NCBI GenBank assembly: GCA_016296565.1
Contig: JAEDJB010000001.1
Coordinates: 252-64,251, forward strand
Source: Oscillospiraceae bacterium
GTDB taxonomy: Bacteria; Bacillota; Clostridia; Oscillospirales; Oscillospiraceae
Direction: 5' to 3'
DNA length: 64,000 nt
Below, one piece after another: positions 1 to 10,556 of this stretch. Numbering within the stretch: the first letter of the stretch is position 1; each line of letters opens with the position of its first letter. The position numbers and the translations under genes are program-made. Under the pieces are notes generated by a model. It had not been told where the DNA came from, made no database searches, and saw only the letters and a program-made list of their open reading frames with translations.

Positions 1-1484
1 GGCATGGTGTCGGTCTCCCGCTTGGCGGGGCCGCCGCAGCAGGGGCAGGTGGTGTTCACCCACTCGGTCATGGGAGCCAGGGGGGACTCGCCATTGTCAG
101 TAGGCTCGTAGCTGTCCACCTCAGGCAGCAGCACGGGCAGCTGATCCTCGGGCACGGGGACCCAGCCGCACTTCTCGCAACTGACCAGAGGGATGGGCTC
201 GCCCCAGTACCGCTGGCGGGAGAACACCCAGTCGCGGAGCTTGTAGTTGACCTTCTGGTGGCCAATGCCCTTTTCCTCCAGCCACTTGGTGATGACGGGG
301 ATGGCTTCCTTAACAGTCAGGCCGTTCAGGAAGTCGGAGTTCACCATAATGCCGGTGTCGTCCTTCAGGGTGAAGGCTTCCTTCTCCACGTCGCCGCCCT
401 TGACCACCTCGATGATCTCGCAGCCGAACTTCTTGGCAAACTCCCAGTCGCGGTCGTCGTGGGCGGGAACAGCCATGATGGCGCCGGTGCCGTAGGACAC
501 CAGGACATAGTCGGAGATGAAGATGGGGATCTCCTTGCCGTTCACCGGGTTGATGCCCCGGACGCCGTCCAGCTTCACGCCGGTCTTGTCCTTCACCAGC
601 TCGGTGCGCTCAAAGTCGGACTTGCGGGCAGCGGCCTCCACATAGGCGGTCACCTCGTCCCAGTTGGCGATGGCGTCCTTCCACTGGTTCACATAGGGGT
701 GCTCGGGGGACAGAACCATATAGGTGGCGCCGAAGAGGGTGTCGGGACGGGTGGTGTAGATCACCAGGTCGTCCCCCTGGGTGGTCTGGAAGGTCACCTC
801 TGCGCCGGTAGAGCGGCCGATCCAGTTCTTCTGCTGGACCTTCACCCGCTCGATGAAGTCCACATCGTCCAGGTCGTCGATGAGCCGCTGGGCGTACTCG
901 GTGATCTTCAGCATCCACTGGCTCTTCTCTTTGCGGACCACCTCGGAGCCGCAGCGCTCGCAGACGCCGCTCACCACCTCTTCGTTGGCCAGCACGCACT
1001 TGCAGGAGGTGCACCAGTTCACGGGCATAGAGGTCTTGTAGGCCAGGCCTTTCTTGAACAGCTGGAGGAAAATCCACTGGGTCCACTTGTAGTAGCCCGG
1101 GTCGGTGGTGTCCACCACCCGGTCCCAGTCGAAGGAGTAGCCCAGCATCTTCAGCTGGTTGGTGAAGTTGGCAATATTGTCCTTGGTCACCTGGGCGGGG
1201 TGGATGTGGTTTTTAATGGCATAGTTCTCCGTGGGCAGGCCGAAGGCATCGTAGCCCATGGGGAAGAGCACGTTGTAGCCGTCCATGCGGCGCTTTCTGG
1301 CCACCACGTCCATGGCGGTGTAGGGGCGGGCGTGGCCCACGTGGAGGCCCTGGCCGGAGGGATAGGGGAACTCCACCAGGGCGTAAAACTTGGGCTTGTC
1401 CCCGCCGGTGACGGCATGGTAGCAGTTCTCCTTGGCCCAGCGGTCCTGCCACTTCTTCTCAATGCGGTTAAATTCGTACTTCAA
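1..1484 (-). CDS. leuS: Leucyl-tRNA synthetase (5' part; runs off window start)
   Basis: Manual translation from TTG at 1484: [13 protein letters not shown]...[14 protein letters not shown] (HIGH motif)...[12 protein letters not shown]...[10 protein letters not shown]. Not in the ORF track because it is truncated by the window edge. Confidence 0.95.
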   Translation of the reverse strand, partial: MKYEFNRIEKKWQDRWAKENCYHAVTGGDKPKFYALVEFPYPSGQGLHVGHARPYTAMDVVARKRRMDGYNVLFPMGYDAFGLPTENYAIKNHIHPAQVTKDNIANFTNQLKMLGYSFDWDRVVDTTDPGYYKWTQWIFLQLFKKGLAYKTSMPVNWCTSCKCVLANEEVVSGVCERCGSEVVRKEKSQWMLKITEYAQRLIDDLDDVDFIERVKVQQKNWIGRSTGAEVTFQTTQGDDLVIYTTRPDTLFGATYMVLSPEHPYVNQWKDAIANWDEVTAYVEAAARKSDFERTELVKDKTGVKLDGVRGINPVNGKEIPIFISDYVLVSYGTGAIMAVPAHDDRDWEFAKKFGCEIIEVVKGGDVEKEAFTLKDDTGIMVNSDFLNGLTVKEAIPVITKWLEEKGIGHQKVNYKLRDWVFSRQRYWGEPIPLVSCEKCGWVPVPEDQLPVLLPEVDSYEPTDNGESPLAPMTEWVNTTCPCCGGPAKRETDTM

Positions 1485-1525
1485 TCTGATCACTCTTCCT
1501 CTATTGAATTTTCGCTCATACAGTA

Positions 1526-1888
1526 TCAGTTGCCTTGTGCCAGCACGTCGGTCAAGTCCACGGTCTTGGCGTCCTGCCACAGCCGGTCCAGATCGTAAAA
1601 TTCCCGGGCTTCCGGGGAGAACAGGTGAACCACCACGTCTCCGTAGTCCTGGAGAATCCAGGTGCCGCCCCGGTGTCCCTCAATGTGATGGGGCAGGATG
1701 TCCTGCTCCTTCATGCTCTTTTCCGCCGCGTCGCCCAGGGCTTTCAGCTGGGGAGCGGAGGTACCGGTGCACAGGACGAAATAGTCCGCCAGGGTGGTGA
1801 CCCCATCGGTCTCCAGCACCAGGATATCCTGGCCCTTTTTGCTGTCCAGCGCCTTGGCCAGCAGCAGCGCCATTTCTTTTGGTGTCAT
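1526..1888 (-). CDS. rsfS: Ribosome silencing factor RsfS (Iojap)
   Basis: KKGQDILVL...ADYFVLCTG...[28 protein letters not shown]. Confidence 0.93.
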   Translation of the reverse strand: MTPKEMALLLAKALDSKKGQDILVLETDGVTTLADYFVLCTGTSAPQLKALGDAAEKSMKEQDILPHHIEGHRGGTWILQDYGDVVVHLFSPEAREFYDLDRLWQDAKTVDLTDVLAQGN

Positions 1889-1947
1889 GCTATCTTCCTT
1901 TCTGTTGCGGCGCCGGGTGCCCCGGCCGGCCGCTGATGGTATATGGT

Positions 1948-3471
1948 TCATTCCGCGGGGCTTGCCTCCGCACTGTCCGCGCCGCCGGGCATATTGTTCA
2001 CGGTGGTGGCGTGGATGATGTGCTGCATATCCGCGGTGATGTCTGTGGTATAGGGGTTCATGTGGCCGTTGATGATGTCCCGCAGGGCACTGTCGTTGAC
2101 AAAGACGTAAGACTGGTAGTTCTGATAGGTGGAGCTCCAGATGCTGCCGGTGTAATCTCCCGGCAGGCCGTGGAACTGGATGTTGTCCTTGTCCATCATG
2201 AGAACGTGCTCGCCGAACCAGATCATCTCCCCATAGCTTAGGTTGCTGTTGAGGTTTTCATCCACAATCCCGGCAATTTCCTTGATGTTGGTCAGGGTGC
2301 TCAGGCTGATGGCCTGGCTCATCATGGCTTTCAGGAAGCCGTGCTGGATTTCCACCCGGCCGATGTCGCCCACGGAGAGGCTCTCGCCGCTGTTGTTCTT
2401 CCGCCAGCGGAGGACCTTCACCGCGTCCTCCCCGTTCAGGTGCTGCATCCCCTGCTTAAAGTGGATGTGCAGATCCTGGGTTGGGTCGTCGTAGTCCATG
2501 TTGTAGGGCACCTCATAGTCCACCCCGCCGATGGCGTCCACCAGCTCGGCCACCATGTCCATTTCCATGACAAAGTAGTAATCGGGGGTGTACCCGATGA
2601 GGTTCTTGATCTGGGTCTGAAGGCCCTCCATCCCCTGGCGGTTGTACACGGAGTTGATCTTCTTGATCTCCCAAGGCACGTCCACCAGGGTGTCCCGGTA
2701 GATGCTCAGCACGTCCAGGGTGCCGTTTTTCACGTCGTAGCAGCCCACCATAATGGTGTCTGTGTTGCCGCCGCCGGCGTCGTCCCGGCCCACCAGAAGG
2801 AAGGTGTATACATCCTCCCGCCGGCCGGCCTCCAGCAGCTGGGGGTGAACCCCCTCGCTCTGCTCCTCAGGAGAGGGCAAATCCGGGGGCCGCACCAGAA
2901 CGGCGTGGACAGCCAGGGCGGCCACCAGCAAGGCCGCGATCACCAGCAGAACGATGAGCACCACCCGCCGTCTCCGCCGCCGGGGAGGATTCCCTCCGCC
3001 GGAACGGCCCGGGGGCTGGCTGGGGGGACCTCGCCGGCCCCGGTCCGGGTAGTCCGCCGGTCCGGTCTCCCGGGGCGGACGGCGCCGCTCCCGGTTTCCC
3101 TCTTCCCAGCGGTCCCGGGGATCTTCCTCCCAACGGTCCCGTGGCTCCTGCCACGCCTGGGGGTCCCGGCGGGAGCCGGCCGCCTGCCGGGGCTGGTCCC
3201 GGTCCAGCCCCCAGGGGAAGGTTTCATCCTCCCAGCGCCGGTCCCGGGGGTCCTCCCCGTAGTCCCGGGGCGGCCGGTCATACAGCCGGTCCCGGGGGTC
3301 CTCCCGAAAGGCCTCCCGGTAGTCCTCCGGCATGGCGTCCTGCTCCTGGAAGATCCGGGCATAGACCCCTCGCTGGGCCTCCCGGTAGGCCTGATCCTGG
3401 ATACGCTGCCGGGAGCGGGCTTCCTTTTCCCTCTGGCGCAGTTCTTCCTCGGAAAGGCGTCTTCCCTTCAC
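1948..3471 (-). CDS. LCP (LytR-CpsA-Psr) family cell-wall glycopolymer transferase with long charged N-terminal extension
   Basis: Single TM helix, then TDTIMV, LSIYRDT, KINS, LNGEDA...LRWR, DIGR...Q motifs. Confidence 0.9.
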   Translation of the reverse strand: MKGRRLSEEELRQREKEARSRQRIQDQAYREAQRGVYARIFQEQDAMPEDYREAFREDPRDRLYDRPPRDYGEDPRDRRWEDETFPWGLDRDQPRQAAGSRRDPQAWQEPRDRWEEDPRDRWEEGNRERRRPPRETGPADYPDRGRRGPPSQPPGRSGGGNPPRRRRRRVVLIVLLVIAALLVAALAVHAVLVRPPDLPSPEEQSEGVHPQLLEAGRREDVYTFLLVGRDDAGGGNTDTIMVGCYDVKNGTLDVLSIYRDTLVDVPWEIKKINSVYNRQGMEGLQTQIKNLIGYTPDYYFVMEMDMVAELVDAIGGVDYEVPYNMDYDDPTQDLHIHFKQGMQHLNGEDAVKVLRWRKNNSGESLSVGDIGRVEIQHGFLKAMMSQAISLSTLTNIKEIAGIVDENLNSNLSYGEMIWFGEHVLMMDKDNIQFHGLPGDYTGSIWSSTYQNYQSYVFVNDSALRDIINGHMNPYTTDITADMQHIIHATTVNNMPGGADSAEASPAE

Positions 3472-4676
3472 TGGGTCCGCCCCCTCAGATCATCCAGGGT
3501 TCCCTGGGTATTCTTGTGGACAATCGCGCCCCTCTCGTGGAGCTCGTCAATGGTCATCTCCAGGCCCATAATCATGGCCTTGTCCAGGTCCTCCCACACC
3601 AGGCGGCGCATTTCCTCCACCCCGTCAAAGTCCCGGGTGGGCTCCATATAGTCGGCCAGGTACAGAATTTTCTCAAAGGTATTCATCCCGGGCTTGCCGG
3701 TGGTGTGGCAGAAGATGGCGTCGTAAACGTCGTCCGGCTCTCCAAACACGTACTTGGCCAAAGCCGCGCCGGTCTTGGAGTGGAGGAACTTCACCGACAC
3801 CCGCTCCAGCTCATCCAGGGGGATGCCGTACTTGTCGCAGAGGGCCACCTGGGGCTCCAGCTCCCAGTACTTGGTGCAGTCGTGGAGGATGGCTGCCCGG
3901 CGGGCCTTCTCCGGGTCTACGCCCCAGAATTTGGCCAGGGCCACGGCGGTCTCCTCAGTGCCCTTGATGTGGGGCAGGCGCTTGGCCTTCACCATGGAGT
4001 AGGATACGGCCCGCAGATGCTTGTCGCTTAAATGCTTCAGGTCGGCCTTGGTGCCGTAAAGGCCCTCCCGGAGGATGTACCCGTAGACCGGCGTCCAGAG
4101 ATACTCTGCCGGGTCCACGTTGCCCCCGGTCCACTCGGAGGCCAGCATCCGCCGCAGATCCCGGGAGGCGATCTCCCGGATCTGGGGCAGCTGCACGATG
4201 GTGGTCCGGGCGTGGAACCGCTCGGCCAGGTAAGCGCTCTGCTCCTGGAACATCTCCCCGGTGTCCTCGTGGCTGCGGGCAAAGCCCGCCACCCCGGCAT
4301 ACTGGAAGATGCGCTCCGGCTGATACCAGTTCTGCACCGTCAAAAACATATCGGTGCCCATGAGCAGCCACAGCTCATCCTCGGGGAACTGCTCGTGGAT
4401 CTGCTCCACGGTGTCGGCCGTGTAGCTCTTGCCCTCCCGCAGCAGCTCCAGGTCCCAGGCCTCCGCCCGGGGACCGATGCCGTCAGCCATGAGGCGGGCC
4501 ATCTCCAGCCGCTGCTCCGGCGTGGCCGAGTCCGTGGGCAGCCCCTTGTGGGGGGGCTCCCCATCGGGCATGATGATCAGCCGGTCCAGACCCAGCTGCT
4601 CCATGGCGGCCTTGGCCGCCTCCATATGTCCCAGATGCGGCGGGTTGAAGGTCCCGCCATAAATTCCGATTTTCAC
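3468..4676 (-). CDS. nadD: Fused nicotinate-nucleotide adenylyltransferase NadD / YqeK-type HD hydrolase
   Basis: N-terminal IGIYGGTFNPPHLGH. C-terminal HD domain AILHDCTK, LHSKTGA, HTTG, ADYMEPTR. GTG start at 4676 with RBS. Confidence 0.9.
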   Translation of the reverse strand: MKIGIYGGTFNPPHLGHMEAAKAAMEQLGLDRLIIMPDGEPPHKGLPTDSATPEQRLEMARLMADGIGPRAEAWDLELLREGKSYTADTVEQIHEQFPEDELWLLMGTDMFLTVQNWYQPERIFQYAGVAGFARSHEDTGEMFQEQSAYLAERFHARTTIVQLPQIREIASRDLRRMLASEWTGGNVDPAEYLWTPVYGYILREGLYGTKADLKHLSDKHLRAVSYSMVKAKRLPHIKGTEETAVALAKFWGVDPEKARRAAILHDCTKYWELEPQVALCDKYGIPLDELERVSVKFLHSKTGAALAKYVFGEPDDVYDAIFCHTTGKPGMNTFEKILYLADYMEPTRDFDGVEEMRRLVWEDLDKAMIMGLEMTIDELHERGAIVHKNTQGTLDDLRGRTQ

Positions 4677-4737
4677 GAAGTTATTCCACCTGCTTTTCAC
4701 TGGCGCGCAGGAAAGAGGGCGGCGCAGCCGCCGGGCT

Positions 4738-5070
4738 TCACCGCGCTGGGGTTGCTTTCTTCTTGTCCTTCACTAAGACGATCTTGTCTTTCTTATCTTT
4801 ATTGTGGCTCTGGCGGTACAGAACAAACTTGGTGCCGATCACCTGCACCTGCTCGCTGCGGGTGAGCTTTGCCAGCTCCTGGCAGGCCTCCCGGGCGGTG
4901 AGCATGGAGTTTTCCAGCACCCGGCACTTGATCAGCTCCCTGGCCTCCAGGGCTTCGTTGGTCTGCTTTACCAGGTTTTCGCCGATGCCGTCTTTTCCGA
5001 TGTGAACGATGGTGTCCAGGCTGTTGGCCATGCTCCGCAGCTGGGCTCTCTGTTTACTGGTCAGTTCCAT
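4738..5070 (-). CDS. yhbY: YhbY/CRM-domain RNA-binding protein
   Basis: LTSKQRAQLRSMA...IGKDG...EALEARELIK...VQVIGTKFVLYR. Confidence 0.9.
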   Translation of the reverse strand: MELTSKQRAQLRSMANSLDTIVHIGKDGIGENLVKQTNEALEARELIKCRVLENSMLTAREACQELAKLTRSEQVQVIGTKFVLYRQSHNKDKKDKIVLVKDKKKATPAR

Positions 5071-5653
5071 TTCGTGTTTTCTCCCATTCTTCTTGGAATC
5101 TCCGCAGGGCTCTGCCCCGGTGAGAAATGCCGTTTTTTTCCTCGGGGGTGAGCTGGGCCATGGTCTTGCCCCATTCGGGCAGGTAGAACACCGGGTCATA
5201 GCCGAAGCCGCCCTCGCCGCTGGGGCCCTGGGCCACCACGCCGGGGCACTCGCCCCGGGCCATTACCTCGCTGCCGTCCGGGAAGGCGCAGCAGATGACG
5301 CTGACAAACTTGCAGGCCCGGTTGGTCTGGCCCTCCATGTTTTTCAGCAGGAGCTGCCACCGGCCGGTGTCGTCCAGGTCAGGGCCGCCGTACCGGGCGG
5401 AGTACACCCCCGGTTCCCCGTTCAGGGCGTCCACCACCAGGCCGGAGTCGTCGGCAATGGCGGGCAGGCCTGTGGCCTGCATCACCGCCCGGGCCTTGAT
5501 GCGGGCGTTTTCCTCAAAGGTGGTTCCCGTCTCCTCCGGCTCCAGGTCCACCCCCACGTCTGCCTGGGAAAGGACCTCCACCCCCAGCTGGGACAGGATG
5601 GCCTGCATTTCGGCCATTTTCTTCTTGTTGTGGCTGGCAAGGACTGCTTTCAT
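5054..5653 (-). CDS. rdgB: Non-canonical purine NTP pyrophosphatase (RdgB/HAM1)
   Basis: ASHNKKK, ETGTTFEENA, ADDSGL, PGVYSARY, GFGYDPVF, SHRGRA. Confidence 0.93.
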   Translation of the reverse strand: MKAVLASHNKKKMAEMQAILSQLGVEVLSQADVGVDLEPEETGTTFEENARIKARAVMQATGLPAIADDSGLVVDALNGEPGVYSARYGGPDLDDTGRWQLLLKNMEGQTNRACKFVSVICCAFPDGSEVMARGECPGVVAQGPSGEGGFGYDPVFYLPEWGKTMAQLTPEEKNGISHRGRALRRFQEEWEKTRNGTDQ

Positions 5654-6375
5654 CAGAAGGTCCCTCCCAGCACATCCAGCTGAATCTGCTGAAGCTCCCG
5701 GATGCCCTTGGCGCACAGCTCCACCAGGGCCTGCTGCTCTGCCACGGTAAAGGCCCGGCCCTCGCCGGTTCCCTGGATCTCCACCAGCTCTCCCTGGCTG
5801 GTCATGACGCAGTTTAGATCCACCATGGCGCTGGAGTCCTCCTCATAGCACAGGTCCAGGAGAAGCTGGTCCTGCACAATGCCGGCGGACACCGCCGACA
5901 CCATGGTGGTCAGGGGGGATTCCTTCAGGACCCCGTCCTCCACCAGTTTCCGGCAGGCCAGGGCCAAAGCCACAAAGCCTCCCGTCACCGAAGCGGTGCG
6001 GGTGCCGCCGTCTCCCTGGAGCACGTCACAGTCGATGGTGATGGCCCGCTCTCCCAGCTTCTTCATGTCTACCGCTGCCCGGAGGGCACGGCCCACCAGG
6101 CGCTGGATCTCCGCCGAACGGGGCGAGAGCTTCAGCTTGGATACGTCCCGGCGGCTGCGCTCCCGGTTGGCCCGGGGGAGCATGGAGTATTCCGCCGTCA
6201 CCCAGCCCTCCCCATAGGGGACGTGGGGCGGGGTGCGGTCCTCCACGCTGGCAGTGCACAGCACCTGGGTGTTGCCGCAGCGGATGAGGCAGCTGCCCTC
6301 GGCAAATTTGTTGATGTTGGGGATGATCTCCACCGGGCGGAGTTCGTCGTAGTTACGACCGTCAATTCGATTCAT
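5653..6375 (-). CDS. rph: Ribonuclease PH
   Basis: RIDGR, GWVTAEYSMLP, EIQRLVGRALR, DCDVLQGDGGTRTAS, DLCYEEDS. Confidence 0.96.
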   Translation of the reverse strand: MNRIDGRNYDELRPVEIIPNINKFAEGSCLIRCGNTQVLCTASVEDRTPPHVPYGEGWVTAEYSMLPRANRERSRRDVSKLKLSPRSAEIQRLVGRALRAAVDMKKLGERAITIDCDVLQGDGGTRTASVTGGFVALALACRKLVEDGVLKESPLTTMVSAVSAGIVQDQLLLDLCYEEDSSAMVDLNCVMTSQGELVEIQGTGEGRAFTVAEQQALVELCAKGIRELQQIQLDVLGGTF

Positions 6376-6410
6376 AATGATCCTACCTAGTTTCTTTTTA
6401 TTCTATTTCA

Positions 6411-7277
6411 TCAGATCAGCGCTTCCGCAAAGGCTGCCGGGTCAAAGGGCTGCAGATCGTCGATCCCTTCGCCCAGGCCCACAAACTTTACGGGTACGCC
6501 CATTTCCTTGGCAATGGCCAGAACAATGCCGCCCTTAGCGGTTCCGTCCAGCTTGGTGAGGACAATGCCGGTGATGCCCGCGCTCTCCCCAAACTGCTTG
6601 GCCTGAATGAGGCCGTTCTGGCCGGTGGTGGCGTCCAGCACCAGCAGAACCTCCTTGGAGCTGGTCTCCCCCTCCCGGTCGATGACCCGGCGGATCTTGT
6701 TCAGCTCGTTCATCAGGTTCTGCTTGTTGTGCAGGCGGCCGGCGGTGTCCACCAGGACCACGTCGGACTTTCTGGCCCGGGCAGCGTTCATGGCGTCAAA
6801 GACCACGGCGGCGGGGTCGGACCCCTCCCCGTGCTTGATAATGTCCACCTTGGCCCGGTCAGCCCAGATGGTCAGCTGGTCGGAGGCGGCGGCCCGGAAG
6901 GTGTCTCCCGCGGCCAGAAGCACCCGGTTCCCCTGGTTCTTCAGCAGGTTTGCCAGCTTGCCGATGGTGGTGGTCTTCCCCACCCCGTTGACCCCGATCA
7001 TCAGGATCACCGCAGGCTTGCCGGACAGGTCCAGGTCAGGCTCTCCCACGGAAAGCATCTCCACCAGGATCTCCCGCAGGCAGGCCTTCACCTCCTCCGG
7101 GTCCTTGAGCTTGCGCTCCTTCACCCGGCCGCGCAGCTCCTCCACTGCCTCCATGGTGGTGTCCATGCCCATGTCGGAGAGGATCAGGGCCTCTTCCAGC
7201 TCCTCGAAAAACTCCTCGTCCACGGAAAAAAGGCCGGAGAAGATGCTCAGCTTCTTTATCTTATTAAACAGTCCCAT
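6411..7277 (-). CDS. ftsY: SRP receptor FtsY (short, NG domain only)
   Basis: [35 protein letters not shown]. Confidence 0.96.
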   Translation of the reverse strand: MGLFNKIKKLSIFSGLFSVDEEFFEELEEALILSDMGMDTTMEAVEELRGRVKERKLKDPEEVKACLREILVEMLSVGEPDLDLSGKPAVILMIGVNGVGKTTTIGKLANLLKNQGNRVLLAAGDTFRAAASDQLTIWADRAKVDIIKHGEGSDPAAVVFDAMNAARARKSDVVLVDTAGRLHNKQNLMNELNKIRRVIDREGETSSKEVLLVLDATTGQNGLIQAKQFGESAGITGIVLTKLDGTAKGGIVLAIAKEMGVPVKFVGLGEGIDDLQPFDPAAFAEALI

Positions 7278-10200
7278 TTGGATTTCCTCCTGTTGTCGCA
7301 GTTTCCAGCAGAGCTTCCGCCTGGTGCAGGTCCAGCCGCAGAACCTTGCTGACCCCCTGGCGCTCCATGGTGACGCCGTAGAGTAGATCCGCGGCTTCCA
7401 TGGTCTCCCGCCGGTGGGTGATGAGAATGAACTGGGTCTGCCGCCCCATGGCCCGGAGGTACCGGATGAACCGGGCTCCGTTGGCCTCGTCCAGGGCAGC
7501 CTCGATCTCATCCACCACGCAGAAGGGGGTGGGATGGATCTTCAAAAGGGCAAAGTACAGGGCGATGGCCACCAAAGACCGCTCTCCCCCGGAGAGCAGG
7601 CTGATGGCCCGCAGGGTCTTTCCCGGGGGCTGGACCCGGATCTCAATGCCGGAATTCAACACGTCGGTTTCGTCCTCCAGGGCCAGTTCTCCCTGGCCGC
7701 CGCCGAACAGGTCAGCAAATGTCTGGGAAAAGGCGGCGCGGACCTGGCCGAAGGTCTCCAGGAAGCGGGTCTTCATTTCCCGGGTAATATCCTGGATCAC
7801 GCCCTCCAGCTCCCGGCGGGCGGTCTCCACGTCGGCCCGCTGGCCGCTTAGGTATTGGTAGCGCTCCTCCACCCGCTGAAATTCCTCCACCGCTCCCAGG
7901 TTGACCTGGCCCAGGGCCCGGATGGCGTCCTTCAGCCGGGCCGCCTGGCGGCTGGCTTTGGCGGGGCTGTCCAGCTTCACCCGGATAGCCAGCGCCCCCT
8001 GGTGGGTTACCCCGTAGGTGTCCCACAGCTTGTCCAGCAGGCGGGACTCTTCCATGGAGGCCTGGAGCCGCTTTTGCTCCAGGGCAGAGGACTCCTGCTG
8101 GAGCCGGAGCTGCCGCTCGTTCTCCCCTCTGGCCTGCCGGTCGGTCTGGGTGCGCGCCCCCTCGGTTTCGGTCTTTTCCCGGGTGGTCTGGGTGAGGCGG
8201 GCGGACAAATCCGCCTGCTGCTCGGCCAAAGTCCGGTCCTGGGCCTCCAGCGCAGCAATTTCTGCCTGAAGGTCCTGATTTTCCCGGTCATAGCGCTCCA
8301 GCTGCTGGGTCTGGCGGACCCGGTCGGCCTGGGCGGCGGTCTGCTGGCCGGTGAGCTGGTCCAGCAGCGGGGCAGAGGCCCTCGTTTCCGCCTCCAGCGC
8401 GGCCAGCTGCTCCCGGAGAGCGGCTACCCGCTGGGTTTGGTTCAGTTCCGCCTGGTCCATGGGCTGGGCGGTTTGGGCTTTCTGCAGGCTGTCCAGACTC
8501 TGGGCGGCCTGCTGGGTTTCTTTCTTTGCCTGGGTCAGGGCTTCCTCCCGCTGGCGCAGAAGGGCTTGGGCCTGGGCCAGCTGGGCTTTCAGGCCGTCCT
8601 CCTCGGCTCCCCGGGAAAGGATGCCCCCCTGACGGCTCACGGAGCCGCCGGTCATGGAGCCGCCCGGCCGGAGAATCTCCCCGTCCAGGGTGACCACCGG
8701 GAAGCGGTAGCGCCGCTTTTTGGCCAGGCGGACGCCGTGGTCCAGGCTGTCCACCACCACGGTCCGCCCCAGCAGGGACCGGGCCGCCGGGCGGCAGGGC
8801 TCCGGGCAGTCCACCAGGTCGGCGGCCACCGCCAGAACCCCGGGCTCCTGCTCCAGCCCCTCTTCCTTTAACAGGCTGGGCCGGAGGGCGGTCAGCGGCA
8901 GGCAGGTGATCCGCCCGCCGTTGTTCTGTTTCAGGTATTGGAGCACGGCCTTGCCCGCTTCCTCGTCCTCCACCAGCAGGTTCTGCATGGCAGCGCCTAA
9001 CGCGGTTTCCAGCGCCAGCGTGTACCGGGCAGGAACCCGGAACAGCTGGCCCACAGGACCGAGAACCCCGGAGAGCCTTCCCGCCTGGACGGCGCTCATG
9101 GCGGTTTTGACCCCCTTGGTGTAGCCCTCATAGTGCTGGGCCATCTCCTCCAGGAGGGTCTGCCGGGCGGCCAGGGTGTGGGTCTGCATCCGCTGGGCCA
9201 TCCAGGCCTCTTCCGCCTGGGCTTGCCGCCTTTGGCAGCGGGTCAGGTCCTCCCGGCCCTGACGGAGGGCTTCCGCCTGGTCCCGCCGGGCCTGGGCCTG
9301 GGCCTCCTGGGTCTTGCGCAGGTCCGCCTGGGCCTGGGACAACTCCTCCCGGCAGGCGGCCTCCCGGCGGCGCAGCTGGGACAGGTGGGCCCTTTGCCGG
9401 GCAAGCTCCTCCTCCAGCCCCGTCTGCCGGGCGCTTTTCTCCGCCAGCTCCCCCCGCAGGCGGCGGGCGGCGGCTTCGTTTTGTTGGATGCGCCCCTGGA
9501 GCAGCTGGACACGCTGCCGGCCGGCGCGCAGGTCGGATTCAATTTGGGTCAGTTGGCTTCGCTGGCGCTCCCCCTGGTCCTCCAGGTCCCGGAGGCGCAG
9601 GAGCAGTTCCTCGCTCTTGGCGTAGAGCCGGTCCGCCGCCCGGGTGCACTGGGTCAGCTGATGAAGGGCGGCCTCATGCTGGGACCGGAGCTTGTCGCCC
9701 TTGCCCTTGGCCTCCTCCAGCTGGTCCAGCCACAGGGAGATTTCCAGCACCCGCAGCTCTTCCCCCAGGGCCAGATACTGCCTGGCTTTCTCCGCCTGGG
9801 CCTGGAGGGGGGTGCGCTGAAGCTCCAGTTCCTCCAGCTTGTCGGCCACCCGGAGAAGGTTTTCCTGGGTGCGCTCCAGCTTTCGCTGGGTCTCCTCCTT
9901 CTGGTGGCGGCAGTGGGAGATGCCCGCGGCCTCCTCAAAGATCTCCCGCCGCTGGGTGCTCCGGGCGGAGAGGATCTCGTCGATCCGCCCCTGGCCGATG
10001 AGGGCGTAGCCCTCCTGCCCCAGGCCGGTGTCCATGAACAGCTCGCTGACGTCCCGCAGGCGGACCTGTCGGCGATTTAAGTAGTATTCGCTCTCCCCGG
10101 ACCGGTAATACCGGCGGGTGACGGTGATCTCGTCCTCCTGGTCCGGGCGCAGATCCTGGCAGCCGGAGAGGGTAAGGGAGACCTGGGCAAAGCCCTGTCC

Positions 10201-10419
10201 CCTGCGCCCCTGGGCGCCGCCGAAGATCACGTCCTCCATCCTGCCCCCCCGAAGCTGCCGGGCGGACTGCTCCCCCAGAACCCAGCGGATGGCGTCGGCC
10301 AGGTTGGACTTGCCGCTGCCGTTGGGCCCCACAATGGCGGTGATGGGATGGTCGAAGGTGAGCACCGTCTTGTCGGGAAAGGACTTGAAGCCCTGGAGTT
10401 CCAGTGTTTTCAGCTGCAA
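7264..10419 (-). CDS. smc: Chromosome segregation protein SMC (1051 aa)
   Basis: GFKSF, Walker A GPNGSGKSN, central hinge, LSGGE signature, DEIEAALD. TTG start at 10419. Adjacent to ftsY. Confidence 0.94.
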   Translation of the reverse strand: MQLKTLELQGFKSFPDKTVLTFDHPITAIVGPNGSGKSNLADAIRWVLGEQSARQLRGGRMEDVIFGGAQGRRGQGFAQVSLTLSGCQDLRPDQEDEITVTRRYYRSGESEYYLNRRQVRLRDVSELFMDTGLGQEGYALIGQGRIDEILSARSTQRREIFEEAAGISHCRHQKEETQRKLERTQENLLRVADKLEELELQRTPLQAQAEKARQYLALGEELRVLEISLWLDQLEEAKGKGDKLRSQHEAALHQLTQCTRAADRLYAKSEELLLRLRDLEDQGERQRSQLTQIESDLRAGRQRVQLLQGRIQQNEAAARRLRGELAEKSARQTGLEEELARQRAHLSQLRRREAACREELSQAQADLRKTQEAQAQARRDQAEALRQGREDLTRCQRRQAQAEEAWMAQRMQTHTLAARQTLLEEMAQHYEGYTKGVKTAMSAVQAGRLSGVLGPVGQLFRVPARYTLALETALGAAMQNLLVEDEEAGKAVLQYLKQNNGGRITCLPLTALRPSLLKEEGLEQEPGVLAVAADLVDCPEPCRPAARSLLGRTVVVDSLDHGVRLAKKRRYRFPVVTLDGEILRPGGSMTGGSVSRQGGILSRGAEEDGLKAQLAQAQALLRQREEALTQAKKETQQAAQSLDSLQKAQTAQPMDQAELNQTQRVAALREQLAALEAETRASAPLLDQLTGQQTAAQADRVRQTQQLERYDRENQDLQAEIAALEAQDRTLAEQQADLSARLTQTTREKTETEGARTQTDRQARGENERQLRLQQESSALEQKRLQASMEESRLLDKLWDTYGVTHQGALAIRVKLDSPAKASRQAARLKDAIRALGQVNLGAVEEFQRVEERYQYLSGQRADVETARRELEGVIQDITREMKTRFLETFGQVRAAFSQTFADLFGGGQGELALEDETDVLNSGIEIRVQPPGKTLRAISLLSGGERSLVAIALYFALLKIHPTPFCVVDEIEAALDEANGARFIRYLRAMGRQTQFILITHRRETMEAADLLYGVTMERQGVSKVLRLDLHQAEALLETATTGGNPNGTV

Positions 10420-10461
10420 GCCCCTCTCCCCCTTATAATAAAAAAGATTATAATTCAGTTT

Positions 10462-10490
10462 ATTATAGCAACTTATCCCGTGTTTTGCAA
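10462..10490 (-). promoter_or_regulatory. Sigma-A promoter for smc operon
   Basis: TTGCAA-17 bp-TATAAT with extended -10 TG on the minus strand. Confidence 0.65.
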
Positions 10491-10512
10491 CGGCCAGAGA
10501 AAAAAAGAACGG

Positions 10513-10544
10513 AAAGCGCACCGCCGAAAAAACGGCGGTGCGCT
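10513..10544 (-). terminator. Intrinsic terminator after SLH gene
   Basis: AGCGCACCGCCG / CGGCGGTGCGCT hairpin with T-rich tail on the minus strand. Confidence 0.7.
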
Positions 10545-10556
10545 GACTGGGCCGAA

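Noticed and set aside
258..1598. 446-aa plus-strand ORF
   Set aside because: Antisense shadow of leuS, typical of high-GC codon bias, with no motifs.
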